From a virus (Duplodnaviria; Caudoviricetes): a DNA stretch of 64,000 nucleotides. The notes beneath the pieces are model-generated. The model was not told where the DNA came from. It did no database searches and saw only the letters and a program-made list of their open reading frames with translations. Below are positions 1 to 9,278 of the stretch, piece by piece; positions within the stretch are counted from its first letter, which is position 1, and every line of letters begins with the position of its first letter. The DNA is taken from positions 1 to 64,000 of the IMG/VR virus record IMGVR_UViG_3300038679_000021. One strand, written 5' to 3'. A program made the position numbers and the translations under genes.

Positions 1-165
1 CGCTGCCGCCCAATCCTCAGAGAAGGAACCTGCTTGCAACTTCGTCAGGTAATACTGCCTTTTCTGAGCGACTAAGCGTTCAAAATCCTCCTTTGTAAAC
101 TCTTTTGTCATGCCCCCGGACACATCAAAGATTGCCAGACTTGTGGCTTTTTCCTCTAGGTTCAT
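1..165 (-). CDS. Hypothetical protein, partial (runs off window start)
   Basis: ATG at 165, open for 55 codons (MNLEEKATSLAIFDVSGG...) to base 1. Lies just downstream of a terminator. Confidence 0.5.
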   Translation of the reverse strand, partial: MNLEEKATSLAIFDVSGGMTKEFTKEDFERLVAQKRQYYLTKLQAGSFSEDWAAA

Positions 166-170
166 AGGGG

Positions 171-207
171 ATAAAAGTACGGGGGGAGTGGTAAGCTCCC
201 CCCGTAC
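171..207 (-). terminator. Intrinsic terminator
   Basis: Perfect 12-bp stem GTACGGGGGGAG/CTCCCCCCGTAC (177-188/196-207), 7-nt loop, followed by TTTTAT on the minus strand just after the 222..548 stop. Confidence 0.8.
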
Positions 208-221
208 TCCGAACCGTGTGG

Positions 222-548
222 TTAGCCCACGTCTTCGAGGACCGAAACCACTTCCTTGACGCCAGCCCGCTTCACGGCCTTGACGCCGATGACCTGAAAG
301 ACATCGCCACGCGCCTTCTCGATCCGACGCAGAGCAGACATCGCCTTCGGGGTCGTAAGCTCGCCCTCCACGGGAAGCTCAAGCCACAGCTTCGTCCCCT
401 CCGGGAGACCCAGAGCCGCAACCGCAGCCGCATCCAGCATCTTCTGGATAGCCACACGACTCTTGGCCCGATTCCTCTTCGCCGTCTCGACCGGAGCCGG
501 ACCATCAACCACACCAGCAGTATTCTCGTCGCCCATATCGTACCTCAC
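222..548 (-). CDS. Hypothetical protein
   Basis: 108-aa ORF co-oriented with neighbours and followed by a terminator. Confidence 0.7.
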   Translation of the reverse strand: MRYDMGDENTAGVVDGPAPVETAKRNRAKSRVAIQKMLDAAAVAALGLPEGTKLWLELPVEGELTTPKAMSALRRIEKARGDVFQVIGVKAVKRAGVKEVVSVLEDVG

Positions 549-600
549 GCATTCGCATGTTTCTCAAACTTCATACTCATACTCTAGCACATCTTTTCTG

Positions 601-1002
601 CTATGCAACAACAGAAACGCCAGTTTTTCCTGTTTTTACAGTTCGGATGGCCCGCAGGTCTTCCCTAACCTGTTGGGGCACACTGGCATCGTCCACGTAT
701 TCCCAAACCTTGCTTCCGCTCTCCGAAAGCTTGACCTTGAACATCCCGGCAAGCTCCGGATGGTCCTTGAGGAAGGACGCGAGTTTCGCATCATCGTAGG
801 TGACGTTCTGCCTCCGCTCGACCTTGATCTTGAACTTGTCCCCGGCAAGGGTCATGGTGCCACGGATCTTCTCAGGAGTCCCAGCCAGCTTGTCGCACTC
901 CGCAACAACGGCGTCCAACCTAGATTGAGCCTCTTCGACTTCCTTCTTCCTAGCAATCCACGCCTCTGCCAGTGCGTCCACAAGATTTTCTGTTTCGCTC
1001 AT
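601..1002 (-). CDS. Hypothetical phage protein (N-terminal coiled coil)
   Basis: 133-aa ORF starting immediately after the VWA gene stop. Confidence 0.75.
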   Translation of the reverse strand: MSETENLVDALAEAWIARKKEVEEAQSRLDAVVAECDKLAGTPEKIRGTMTLAGDKFKIKVERRQNVTYDDAKLASFLKDHPELAGMFKVKLSESGSKVWEYVDDASVPQQVREDLRAIRTVKTGKTGVSVVA

Positions 1003-1003
1003 G

Positions 1004-3484
1004 TCAACCCTTCGCGAGAATCAGTGCGGTAAGAATGCCTCTTACTTTAGCTACAAACTCAGAGAAGTTACCATTGAAAACTACATAGTGTTTGAACATC
1101 TGCTTAACGTCGAATGCTTCGATGGCAAAACATATCGGGAACGCCCCGGCTTTCTCAATAGCAGCAACTTCGGCTCTCGTTGCCCGAATAGCCTGATATC
1201 CGTAGTAACCCTCTCCGCAGGGTTCACCATCTGCGAGGTAGAAGAAAATCTGTTTCTCGTACTTAGCCGCTATTCTGAACCTCTTGAAGGTTTCTCGGAT
1301 CGCCACATGATCGTAGTTCTGATGCGACCCGCGATAGCAAGCGAGCCTCTTCGGGTCTTTCAAGTCCCCACCATACAAGTGCTTAATCAGGCAATCCTTG
1401 CTGGATGGACCGAAAGATCCGTGCGAGTAAACATGGAGATCCATCATTGGAACAGGCTTTAGGGCCTCTTGGACAAGCATCGCCAAACTGAAAGCCTTTG
1501 TTGCTTTAGTCCACGAAGAAGGATTGCTACTAGGCTCACCTTCTCTCTCACCCATAGAGCCTGATTCATCAAGAAGAACGCAGAGAGAAACTCCGGTAGT
1601 CTTGATGTGTTCCTCTGTATAGAAAACTCGATCCGTTGTCATTGCCGTAGCCAACTTCTTACGATGGAGCCTTCCAGTTCGAAGGTCGGAGAATCGGTGC
1701 ATCCTCTCGGCTAGACGGAAGGTGAAGATTTCCCTAAAGGACTTCGCGTAAGGAGTGACGATGCTCTTGAAGTGATTGAAAACTTCCACTTCGTCCTCAG
1801 TAATCCTTGGCTCAACAAATGCGAAGGATCGCCCAACTAGCATACCATCATCGATTTTCGCAACCGTGAACTTGTCTTCGGCAAGCTCAATATACTTTGC
1901 CGCGACTCGGGGATCGAAAACTGCCTCTGAGGGATTCGATGCACGATCAACAGCTTCCATCATCGTTTCAGGGGGTTTCTTATCCAACAAAGCTTTCGTT
2001 GCATCCCTAATACGCCGTTCTTTCGTGTCTGCCCCTACTCCCTCACCCACAGTGAAATCTGCCTTGGGCTCTTCTCGGAGGATAACTTCCAAGTCTTTTT
2101 CAACTGATCTCTTCGTGAGTTCAGACTCTTCGATCTCAGCGACCGTCTTCCCTTCCCTTCTCGGTTTCTCTTCCTCTACAATAGAGTCAATATCACTAAA
2201 GAAATCGTCAGAAGAATCAGAGTCGTCGCCACCAGAATCAGAATCCTCGCCGCCTTCACCAGCCTCGCCGTCCTCACCATCTCCGGAATCGTCTGCGGGA
2301 GAGTCATCGGAGTCCTTTCCACTACCCTCAGAAGCTTCGGAACTACTGCTCTCAGAGGACTCAGCGGAGGAATCTTCGTCTTCCTCTTCGGCTCCGTCAG
2401 ACTTACCAGAGTCTTCAGACTTCTCATCAGTGTCCCCTTCCTCAGAATCTCCGTCACTATCAGAATCACTATCAGATTCGCCGGACTCTTCAGAAGCACT
2501 ACCCTTGTCTTCCGATTCCTCTTCGGACTCTCCCGACTCGTCGGGGCTATCTCCCTTACCAGAAGATTTGCTTTCGGACTCTCCCTCATCAGAAGCGTCT
2601 TTCAACGCTTCTTTCTTCTCTTCTTCAGTGGACTCAGGCTCCGACAGAAGCATAGCGATATGCGTCAACTTCTTAGCGATTCTGAGGACATCTTTGAAAG
2701 AGTCCAGCTTCGATTCGATTGAACGAATGAGATCATAGATATTCCACCCATGAATCTCATACTTTCGTAGCATCGCGGGGACTTTGGTAGAGACTCGCAG
2801 GGCAACCGTAGCGATTGCGAGGAACTTTTCCCTTTCCGGAAGTTCTTTGAAGTGCTTGAGCATTTCCCCAGACATGAACTCTGAGGAATACACAAACTTT
2901 CGCATGTCCAAGAGATACGGAGCGAATCCCGGAGACTTGGCGATGATCTTCCTCTCAATGCGGCAGTCCTCGACAATGTTACAGAATGTCTTGAGGTAGT
3001 GAAGCCGCATCAAAGACTTCTTAACAGGCCCGCTTGGGTTTGCAGCTAAGGCTCGTCGGAGGGCACCAACACGGGCAGCGAATAGTTGAAGGAAGCGGAA
3101 AAAGCCCTGAGAACTAATGAGATGTTCCGCCTCATGGAGTGCCATCCCACTGTAAACAGAGTAGACTTTATCCAACTTTAACGACTTCGCCGTAAAGGGC
3201 GAGGCTCCAAGAACAATAGTATGCGACTCATCCATTGCGTTCACTTGAGCAGTTGTCACATTAGCGGAGAACCGAATAGCAAAAGGTTTCCGCAGTCCGT
3301 GGATCAACAGAAGATTCTCAAGGAACCGATTGAGCCTTGTAAGCTCTACCGCCGCCTCAAGATCAGAATTACGAAACAGACTAAAGAATCGCATGTCTTC
3401 AAACACGCGAATACCCCTAGCTGATTCGCCATCCCTTTCAAGATCGCGATACAGTTCTTCTTCTCTTGCCAAAACTGAGTTCAT
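1004..3484 (-). CDS. VWA-domain protein (CobT/CbbO-like partner of MoxR AAA+) with N-terminal HExxH domain and long acidic linker
   Basis: LHEAEH motif near the N-terminus. About 150-aa D/E/S/G-rich linker. C-terminal MIDAS motif LLDESGSM and a later LADGEP. Confidence 0.85.
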   Translation of the reverse strand: MNSVLAREEELYRDLERDGESARGIRVFEDMRFFSLFRNSDLEAAVELTRLNRFLENLLLIHGLRKPFAIRFSANVTTAQVNAMDESHTIVLGASPFTAKSLKLDKVYSVYSGMALHEAEHLISSQGFFRFLQLFAARVGALRRALAANPSGPVKKSLMRLHYLKTFCNIVEDCRIERKIIAKSPGFAPYLLDMRKFVYSSEFMSGEMLKHFKELPEREKFLAIATVALRVSTKVPAMLRKYEIHGWNIYDLIRSIESKLDSFKDVLRIAKKLTHIAMLLSEPESTEEEKKEALKDASDEGESESKSSGKGDSPDESGESEEESEDKGSASEESGESDSDSDSDGDSEEGDTDEKSEDSGKSDGAEEEDEDSSAESSESSSSEASEGSGKDSDDSPADDSGDGEDGEAGEGGEDSDSGGDDSDSSDDFFSDIDSIVEEEKPRREGKTVAEIEESELTKRSVEKDLEVILREEPKADFTVGEGVGADTKERRIRDATKALLDKKPPETMMEAVDRASNPSEAVFDPRVAAKYIELAEDKFTVAKIDDGMLVGRSFAFVEPRITEDEVEVFNHFKSIVTPYAKSFREIFTFRLAERMHRFSDLRTGRLHRKKLATAMTTDRVFYTEEHIKTTGVSLCVLLDESGSMGEREGEPSSNPSSWTKATKAFSLAMLVQEALKPVPMMDLHVYSHGSFGPSSKDCLIKHLYGGDLKDPKRLACYRGSHQNYDHVAIRETFKRFRIAAKYEKQIFFYLADGEPCGEGYYGYQAIRATRAEVAAIEKAGAFPICFAIEAFDVKQMFKHYVVFNGNFSEFVAKVRGILTALILAKG

Positions 3485-4854
3485 ACAAGCTCCGGAGCCT
3501 TCTTCTGAATCAGAGCAACCAACTTCGCTTGCTCGCTATCCCCGCCGCCATCGGAAGAGAAGTTTCCAAGAATGACGAACTTCATTGCCCACTTGAAGTC
3601 CAATCCGCAAAGAGCCGCCTTGGCCGCGTCGAGCAACATTCGTGTGGAGATTGCCTCGCTGAACATTCCCTGCTTGGTGAGAGAACGCTGCTCAGATGCG
3701 ATATTCACAATCTTCTTCACGAACTTCTTATCTGCTCCGGAGAAGCGTTGCATGATAAGCGCGAACTCTTGCGTGTCGGACGGATAATCCAAGTGGACTT
3801 TGTAATGGAAGCGATTCTTCAACGCAATGTCCATCGCCTCAGTGCCGGTGTACTCAAAGCCAACATTGGCGGTTGCGATGAAAGACACTCCCTTATTTCG
3901 TGAGACGATTGATGCTTCCTCACTCTCATCAAGAGCGACATATCGTTGATCGTCAGACAGTGGAAGAATGATGTTGAACGCATCGCGTCCGGCACGAGTG
4001 ATCTCGTCGAGAAGCACAATATGCGGAGTCTCGGATCGAATGGCTCGAACGAATCTCGATTCCTTAAACAGCGTACCAGATTCCTTGTTAAAATGCGTTG
4101 CCCCAATCAGGCTGATACGAGGTTCCGTCATCGCTCCGAAGTTGAAAGCAGAAACAGGCACTCCCGTAGCTGCCCCGATCTTGTAAACAAGGCTCGATTT
4201 GCCTGATCCCGTAGGGCCAAACAGAATCGCGTTGTCGCCGCCCTTCACGCAAGCAATGAGCGTTTCCCAGACATCCTCTCCGACAACGAAATCTTCGGGG
4301 ATGGGGTGAGTAAGGCTTCTGGAAGGTGGTGCAACTGCCGATGAAGACAGCGGGGCCTCATAAAAAGGCCCAGGACCGGGCTCAGTTTTGATAGGCTCAA
4401 CAGGCATCGGCACACCAGCAAAAGTGCGCTCAAGACTCCGCACTAGAACTTGCCAAGGAACATCAGAAGCAAGAGAGAACTCGACAGGCTTCTCTTCCTC
4501 AAGAATACCGTGAAGAGTTTCGATCTTAGGGCAATCATAAGGGGGAAGAAGCCCACCAACTTCAGAGCCGTCTGCACTGTTTCCGATGATTCCCAACTGA
4601 CCGGGGATCAAAGGGATCGTCTCCCCACCTGTGGTGCCGGAGACAAAGAGACTCTTCCAGCCTCCCGCATTGACATGCCTCAGTAGAGCATCACCATGCG
4701 GGCATTTCTTGGCTACTCGGTAGGTAACACACGTACAAGCCTTCGAGAAGAACGTAGTTGTCTTCGCATCAAACGCAGGGAATCCAGATTTGGAGACCCA
4801 AAACATCTCTACTTTAGATGCGTCGATTACTTTGATGTATGCGGCAATCTTCAT
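3481..4854 (-). CDS. MoxR/CbbQ/CobS-type AAA+ ATPase with N-terminal SWIM-like zinc finger
   Basis: Walker A GPTGSGKS, Walker B LLDEITR, FIATAN...ALKNRF, ISTRML. N-terminal CTC...CPH. Start set at the ATGA-overlapping ATG at 4854. Confidence 0.88.
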   Translation of the reverse strand: MKIAAYIKVIDASKVEMFWVSKSGFPAFDAKTTTFFSKACTCVTYRVAKKCPHGDALLRHVNAGGWKSLFVSGTTGGETIPLIPGQLGIIGNSADGSEVGGLLPPYDCPKIETLHGILEEEKPVEFSLASDVPWQVLVRSLERTFAGVPMPVEPIKTEPGPGPFYEAPLSSSAVAPPSRSLTHPIPEDFVVGEDVWETLIACVKGGDNAILFGPTGSGKSSLVYKIGAATGVPVSAFNFGAMTEPRISLIGATHFNKESGTLFKESRFVRAIRSETPHIVLLDEITRAGRDAFNIILPLSDDQRYVALDESEEASIVSRNKGVSFIATANVGFEYTGTEAMDIALKNRFHYKVHLDYPSDTQEFALIMQRFSGADKKFVKKIVNIASEQRSLTKQGMFSEAISTRMLLDAAKAALCGLDFKWAMKFVILGNFSSDGGGDSEQAKLVALIQKKAPELV

Positions 4855-5258
4855 TCTTGCTCCATGTAGACTACTAGCTTCTTTCCCTTGAACAGATACA
4901 CGTAAACCTCTAGGAGATTCTCCATCTTGCACTTGAGCCGCACAAGATCGAGTCTCACAAAAACCTTCGGAAGTTCCGGAAGAATCTCAGCAACATCTTT
5001 GATGAAGAACACATCTCCATTGAACGCAAAGTTAAGCATTTTCAGGTGCTTACAGACTCCGCGGTACTTGAATCCGGGACATGAACACCCTCCCGGCGTC
5101 AATCTGTACTCGCTTCGCAGTCCTGTAGCACCGTCAAAATGCTCTACCTTCCCTTCTGTGAAGACAAAAGCATCAAGCAGGGGGAGGCTCGACAGGAGCC
5201 TCTGCGGGTGCAGGGACAGGCTCGGCGGGGGCGGGAACAGGCTCGGCGGTGGCTTCAC
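4851..5258 (-). CDS. SWIM zinc-finger protein (start uncertain)
   Basis: CSCPGFKYRGVCKHL matches the SWIM CxC-x(n)-CxH pattern. The N-terminal ~28 codons overlap the upstream gene and are probably not real. Confidence 0.65.
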   Translation of the reverse strand: MKPPPSLFPPPPSLSLHPQRLLSSLPLLDAFVFTEGKVEHFDGATGLRSEYRLTPGGCSCPGFKYRGVCKHLKMLNFAFNGDVFFIKDVAEILPELPKVFVRLDLVRLKCKMENLLEVYVYLFKGKKLVVYMEQE

Positions 5259-6123
5259 TTCCTTCTCCCTTGTCGAGGGTTGTAACTCCGACCACTTCCA
5301 GTTTCACTCCGAAAGATCGTTCCAGACTGGCAATATGCCGCTCAAGACGATGGCAGATAGCGAAGACTCGATCACCTGTCTCAGCACTCCGGGAGGCAAG
5401 GAAGTCCGTCGCGATCATGTCCAACAGATGCCCCGGCTTATCGGAAGCACTCTCGAATCCGGCAACCTTCAGAGCGTCCTTGAGGTTCTCCGCTTGCGGC
5501 TTGAACAGCGTGAAGCTCAGAGTCACCATGTCGCCAGATTCCGTCTCGCCGACAGCCGTGGGCATTGCGGCGGGAGTCTCGGCAACAACAGACTTCGCAG
5601 AGGTATCCGCCAGCTTCGGCGTCTCCGACATCGTTGTCTTCCCGGTGATGACAGCGACCATGTTCTGCACTTCCTTGACCGTGATCTTCGGAAGAACAGC
5701 CAGCAAGTCCTTCCAGTTGGACTCACTGATGATCGGGACGATTTCCTTCGCCTTGCTCCACGAAAGATCGCGAAGCATCTCGATAGGAATCTTGAGTTCG
5801 CGCACGAACTTCTTGTAGATCGCGATCAGGTAGTAAGCCTTACGCTGGCCGAAAGAAGCGCACTCTTGGTCGAGGTAATCATCGAAGGTCGTGAACTTAC
5901 CTTCAGTCCCGTCCTTGTTCGTGAAGGTGAAACCCTTCCAGTAGTCCTTCTCCTGAATCTCAAGAAGCAACTCACCCGCGAGAATCTCGACTCGCCCACC
6001 AACTTCGATAAGCTTCTGGACTCCCTCGCGAACCGCAGAGGGTCGATCCGCAGACAATGCGGTGGGATCAATCAAAGACGGAAGAGAGATCACTGTGGAT
6101 AGGTTCGTGTTCGGTTCGCTCAT
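5173..6123 (-). CDS. Hypothetical phage protein (helical, possibly DNA-binding)
   Basis: 316-aa ORF with GC3-rich codons and a Pro/Ala-rich C-terminal tail. Confidence 0.8.
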   Translation of the reverse strand: MSEPNTNLSTVISLPSLIDPTALSADRPSAVREGVQKLIEVGGRVEILAGELLLEIQEKDYWKGFTFTNKDGTEGKFTTFDDYLDQECASFGQRKAYYLIAIYKKFVRELKIPIEMLRDLSWSKAKEIVPIISESNWKDLLAVLPKITVKEVQNMVAVITGKTTMSETPKLADTSAKSVVAETPAAMPTAVGETESGDMVTLSFTLFKPQAENLKDALKVAGFESASDKPGHLLDMIATDFLASRSAETGDRVFAICHRLERHIASLERSFGVKLEVVGVTTLDKGEGSEATAEPVPAPAEPVPAPAEAPVEPPPA

Positions 6124-6153
6124 ACAGCCCTCATAAGGTTTTCAAACTAGCCT

Positions 6154-6173
6154 ATCTGCAATCGTGTGCAGAT
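6154..6173. repeat. Dispersed palindrome, variant copy (ATCTGCAATCGTGTGCAGAT)
   Basis: 14/16 match to CTGCAATCGATTGCAG at 6156-6171. Intergenic, about 30 bp upstream of the 6123 start. Confidence 0.8.
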
Positions 6174-6295
6174 TGGAATCTTTCCGTGGCTCCAATATAG
6201 CCTGCAAACTTGATGAAGTAAAGAATGGATTTTCCGGAAAAACTGATTTCTGAGGTTTCCAACATCTGAATCCGGACTGTTTCCAGACGGCTCAT

Positions 6296-6739
6296 TTACA
6301 TCCAAGCAAACCTTGCCAGCCCTACGTTCACGAAACCCTCAGAATAAGGAACGACGTACTTGAAGGAAAGCTTGCACGATATTCTGGAATCATTCACAAT
6401 CACTCCAGCTTTTTGCAGAGCATCTTGCACAGGTTTCTCTAAGTTGTCAACATCCGGGTTCGTGGTCTTCGGTTCGACCGCTTTCAGCTTTCCCTTTTCA
6501 TACTTCTTCATGTCCCCTTGCGTCATAGGGAACTCGAAACAGAAGACTAAGATCAACGGCCCGTCAAACGCAAAAGCTGGTTTGATTTTCTGAAACTCAG
6601 CCGTCAAGGCCGCTACGTATTCCCTTTCTTTGGGTGGAGTGTAGAAAGACATTCCCCCTCCCTTAACCGATTGCTTCGGAATAGGAAGAATGGGGATAGA
6701 GGCTTCCCACTCATAAGGAACCCAGATACGAGGGATCAT
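6296..6739 (-). CDS. rusA: RusA-family Holliday junction resolvase
   Basis: PDVDNLEKPVQDAL and IVNDSRI motifs; 147 aa. Confidence 0.88.
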   Translation of the reverse strand: MIPRIWVPYEWEASIPILPIPKQSVKGGGMSFYTPPKEREYVAALTAEFQKIKPAFAFDGPLILVFCFEFPMTQGDMKKYEKGKLKAVEPKTTNPDVDNLEKPVQDALQKAGVIVNDSRISCKLSFKYVVPYSEGFVNVGLARFAWM

Positions 6740-7686
6740 AGCGAAGCGAAGACCTCATCAATCCCTTCGGTGAAACAGATGGTCTTATACATACAAGCCT
6801 TTGCGCGTTTCGCTCCGTCGAAGGGGCAATCGGCACACCTAGCCGGAAGCACCTTCTTCTCGATACCATGCCAGATTGAGGCCGCTTTTTCAAGACCAAG
6901 ATCGATGAACCTCTGTTCTCCCTTGTAGATAAGCACTTGGATACCAAAGTACTTGCGGTCGATATAGACGAAGAGGGTTCGATCAACACCTTTCATCCTC
7001 TGATACCAAGTAGCTTGGCACTTGTAGCTATCATCAATAGCCTCAAGACCCTGATCCTTAATCTTCCGCAGAATACTATCATCAGTGGTCTTCAACTCCC
7101 AGAGGTCTAGCTTCTCGTCAGGCGCGAGTACACGCAGAACTGTCTCTCCCTTGATTGCGGCAAGGCATCGGGAAACAGAAATCATCCCATCCGAATGACC
7201 CCTGACCTTTGTGATGGGATCGTACAGTTCTTCCTCAATAAAGAACCATTTCCCATCAGAGGGGTAAAAGCCCTCTACGATCTCTCCTTTATTCAACTCG
7301 ATGTCGTTTCGCAACACCCAAGGAATCCAAGAACCATAGAGAATTCCCGCTGGGCCGAAGACTTCGTTCTGGAAAAACGCATGAAGGTAGCTGCCAACAT
7401 TCATGCGAAGTTGCATGGACATATTGTTGGGAACATATCTTGAATCGGGCAAAGGAAGGGAGTTCCGAAGAACAAACTCCCTAGCGCAAATCCTCCACAA
7501 TCCCGAGGCCCGGATTACTTCATCTTTCCGAAACTCTTCGATAGCTGTTCCGGCACATTTCTTGATGACGGCAGAAACGGCATCTGCCTCTTCATCAGTC
7601 TTGTGGTCCGCAGCAAACTTATCTACCAGCATCGTGGCGACAGAATCCGGCGCGAGAAGATCATCGTCTTTCATCCAGAACCTCAT
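6736..7686 (-). CDS. PD-(D/E)XK exonuclease, Cas4-like
   Basis: RASGLWRICAR, GHSDG, WELKT, YKCQATWY, and a C-terminal CADC...CMYKTIC Cys cluster. Confidence 0.8.
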   Translation of the reverse strand: MRFWMKDDDLLAPDSVATMLVDKFAADHKTDEEADAVSAVIKKCAGTAIEEFRKDEVIRASGLWRICAREFVLRNSLPLPDSRYVPNNMSMQLRMNVGSYLHAFFQNEVFGPAGILYGSWIPWVLRNDIELNKGEIVEGFYPSDGKWFFIEEELYDPITKVRGHSDGMISVSRCLAAIKGETVLRVLAPDEKLDLWELKTTDDSILRKIKDQGLEAIDDSYKCQATWYQRMKGVDRTLFVYIDRKYFGIQVLIYKGEQRFIDLGLEKAASIWHGIEKKVLPARCADCPFDGAKRAKACMYKTICFTEGIDEVFASL

Positions 7687-8014
7687 TCAAAGGGACTACA
7701 AGCCATTCTTTTGGGAAACCTTCCGAGGGAAGATGGAAGGTAACAATCATCGCAGGAATCTTACCTGCGGCATTCGCTTCTCCGACAATCTTCCGCAACT
7801 CCGTCCTCTTCAAGTAGAAGGACTCCCCTCCTGTTTCCTTCGACTCAATCAGGAGATTTCCAGCAACAATGTCTCCCTTGAACCCCGATAGGGCTCCGGA
7901 CATTGGTTGCCGCCTCCCTCCGACCTTCTTGGCAAGACGCTTCTCTGTCTCGTTCGCTTTGTCTTTGACAGATCGCTCCGCAAAAGGGTCGTATCTTACA
8001 TACGGTCTGCTCAA
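7661..8014 (-). CDS. Hjc-like PD-(D/E)XK Holliday junction resolvase
   Basis: E...GGRRQPMSGA...KGDI...LIESK motif; 117 aa. Confidence 0.75.
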   Translation of the reverse strand: MSRPYVRYDPFAERSVKDKANETEKRLAKKVGGRRQPMSGALSGFKGDIVAGNLLIESKETGGESFYLKRTELRKIVGEANAAGKIPAMIVTFHLPSEGFPKEWLVVPLNEVLDERR

Positions 8015-9156
8015 GTGAAAGACCTCTCGAAAATCTGCTTGATGAGATGCTTCAAGGCATACGGCTGCCGATGCAAGAACTCGATCATCTCATCATCAGT
8101 CCTTGTGGTAACGACTTCAGATTTGAGGACAGGCGTAACAGAAGAAGGATCGCCACCACCAGCCTTGACGATGTTTTTCTTCGCAGCCGTGGCGACAACA
8201 TCTTCGATCATCCTCCCCGTGGCAAACTCATGCCCGATAAGCCCAAGAGACTTTCCATGGCGGAAAGCGGGATAAGCGTTGTTCACTTGGCCCTTGGTGA
8301 GGAAACCAGAATCGCGCATTGCGAGGTCGAACTCGAAGTCAAGCCCTTGGCAATACGTCTTGTTCTTCTTCACCGAACCGCTGCAATGAGAGATAGCCAA
8401 GAGCTTGTTATCGTCCTCAACCGTCTTGCTAGGGCTCATTGCAATACGAATAGAGGGATAGAACATCTGGGCTTTCCCACCGGGAAGAGTGAGAGGGCTT
8501 CCGTAAAGGACTCCAATCTTCTCACGATTCTGATTCGTAAGGAAGAAGACAGGGGCACGATCTCCGAGCTTCGTGAGTTCCGGTTGCCACTTTCTGAAAG
8601 CCTGATTCATCAACCGGGCTTGGACGCCAACAGCGGCATCCCCAGCCGCACCTTCGAGTTCCTTCGAAGGAGTACAAGCTGCGATAGAATCGAGAACAAT
8701 GGCATCAAAGACATTCGCCGCAAGTGCTGCGGTGATTATGTCAATCGCTTCCTCACCAGTCTCCGGTCTCGCCAAACAGTGATGGGCGGGATCGAAGCCA
8801 AGACACTTTCCCCAGTCGGAATTGAATACGGATTCTTGGTCAACGTAGAGGGCACGGCACCGCTCAAGGGGCGAGTCGTCTGGGATAGGCAAACGAGTTT
8901 CGGCAGAGAGCCTTGCGATAGACGCACAGGCCATAGTGCAAAGAGACGTTTTCCCCGCCGCTTCAGGACCATGAACAAGCACAAATCGTCCCCAAGGGAA
9001 GCCACCACCTAGCGCGAGGTCGAGGCTGAAAACACCAGACGAAAAACGATGAACATGGATCGCCTTGGCGTCGTTCACAATCTCAATCTTGCCCTCACCC
9101 CACGCCTTCTTCGACTTACCCAAGAACGCCATAAGCTTGTCTGATCGCTCACTCAT
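8011..9156 (-). CDS. recA: RecA/UvsX recombinase
   Basis: SSGVFSLDLALGGG, Walker A GPEAAGKT, IVLDSIAA, QARLMNQA, TNQNREKIG...PGG. Confidence 0.95.
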   Translation of the reverse strand: MSERSDKLMAFLGKSKKAWGEGKIEIVNDAKAIHVHRFSSGVFSLDLALGGGFPWGRFVLVHGPEAAGKTSLCTMACASIARLSAETRLPIPDDSPLERCRALYVDQESVFNSDWGKCLGFDPAHHCLARPETGEEAIDIITAALAANVFDAIVLDSIAACTPSKELEGAAGDAAVGVQARLMNQAFRKWQPELTKLGDRAPVFFLTNQNREKIGVLYGSPLTLPGGKAQMFYPSIRIAMSPSKTVEDDNKLLAISHCSGSVKKNKTYCQGLDFEFDLAMRDSGFLTKGQVNNAYPAFRHGKSLGLIGHEFATGRMIEDVVATAAKKNIVKAGGGDPSSVTPVLKSEVVTTRTDDEMIEFLHRQPYALKHLIKQIFERSFT

Positions 9157-9173
9157 TTAGATTACTCCGAGGG

Positions 9174-9206
9174 GAAACTTAATTCCCACGCTTGTTTTCT
9201 TACAGG
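9174..9206. repeat. 33-bp direct repeat, copy 1 (flanks tRNA-like element)
   Basis: GAAACTTAATTCCCACGCTTGTTTTCTTACAGG; 29/33 identical to 9279-9311. Confidence 0.85.
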
Positions 9207-9273
9207 ATTCACCTACTGGAATCGAACCAGTGTTCCCCGCCGTCGCCGGGTCTTGCCACTAAATGAAGGTGAA
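9204..9273 (-). ncRNA. tRNA-like element / tRNA pseudogene with shortened anticodon arm
   Basis: Acceptor stem TTCACCT/AGGTGAA, D loop AGTGGC with GG, perfect T arm ACTGG-TTCGATT-CCAGT. The segment between D and T arms is 4-5 nt too short, has no canonical U33 loop, and the 3' end is TCCT rather than NCCA. Confidence 0.65.
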
Positions 9274-9278
9274 TCCTT

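Noticed and set aside
1776-2738. 320-aa plus-strand Ser-rich ORF, and other long plus-strand ORFs (4927-6102, 8047-9012, 9374-10150, 40101-41207, 58625-59257, 59076-60029)
   Set aside because: These are antisense shadows of well-supported minus-strand genes with biased codons or low-complexity linkers. They have no motifs or RBS and would break the uniform gene orientation.
5185-5250. Short tandem repeats here and at 9760-9790 and 41600-41850
   Set aside because: They are explained by Pro/Ala/Glu-rich protein linkers (PVPAPAE, EKPV, PAAPE), not independent DNA elements.
9204-9273. Calling the element a functional tRNA with an assignable anticodon
   Set aside because: The anticodon arm is 4-5 nt short, lacks U33 and has no CCA, so it is reported as tRNA-like only.
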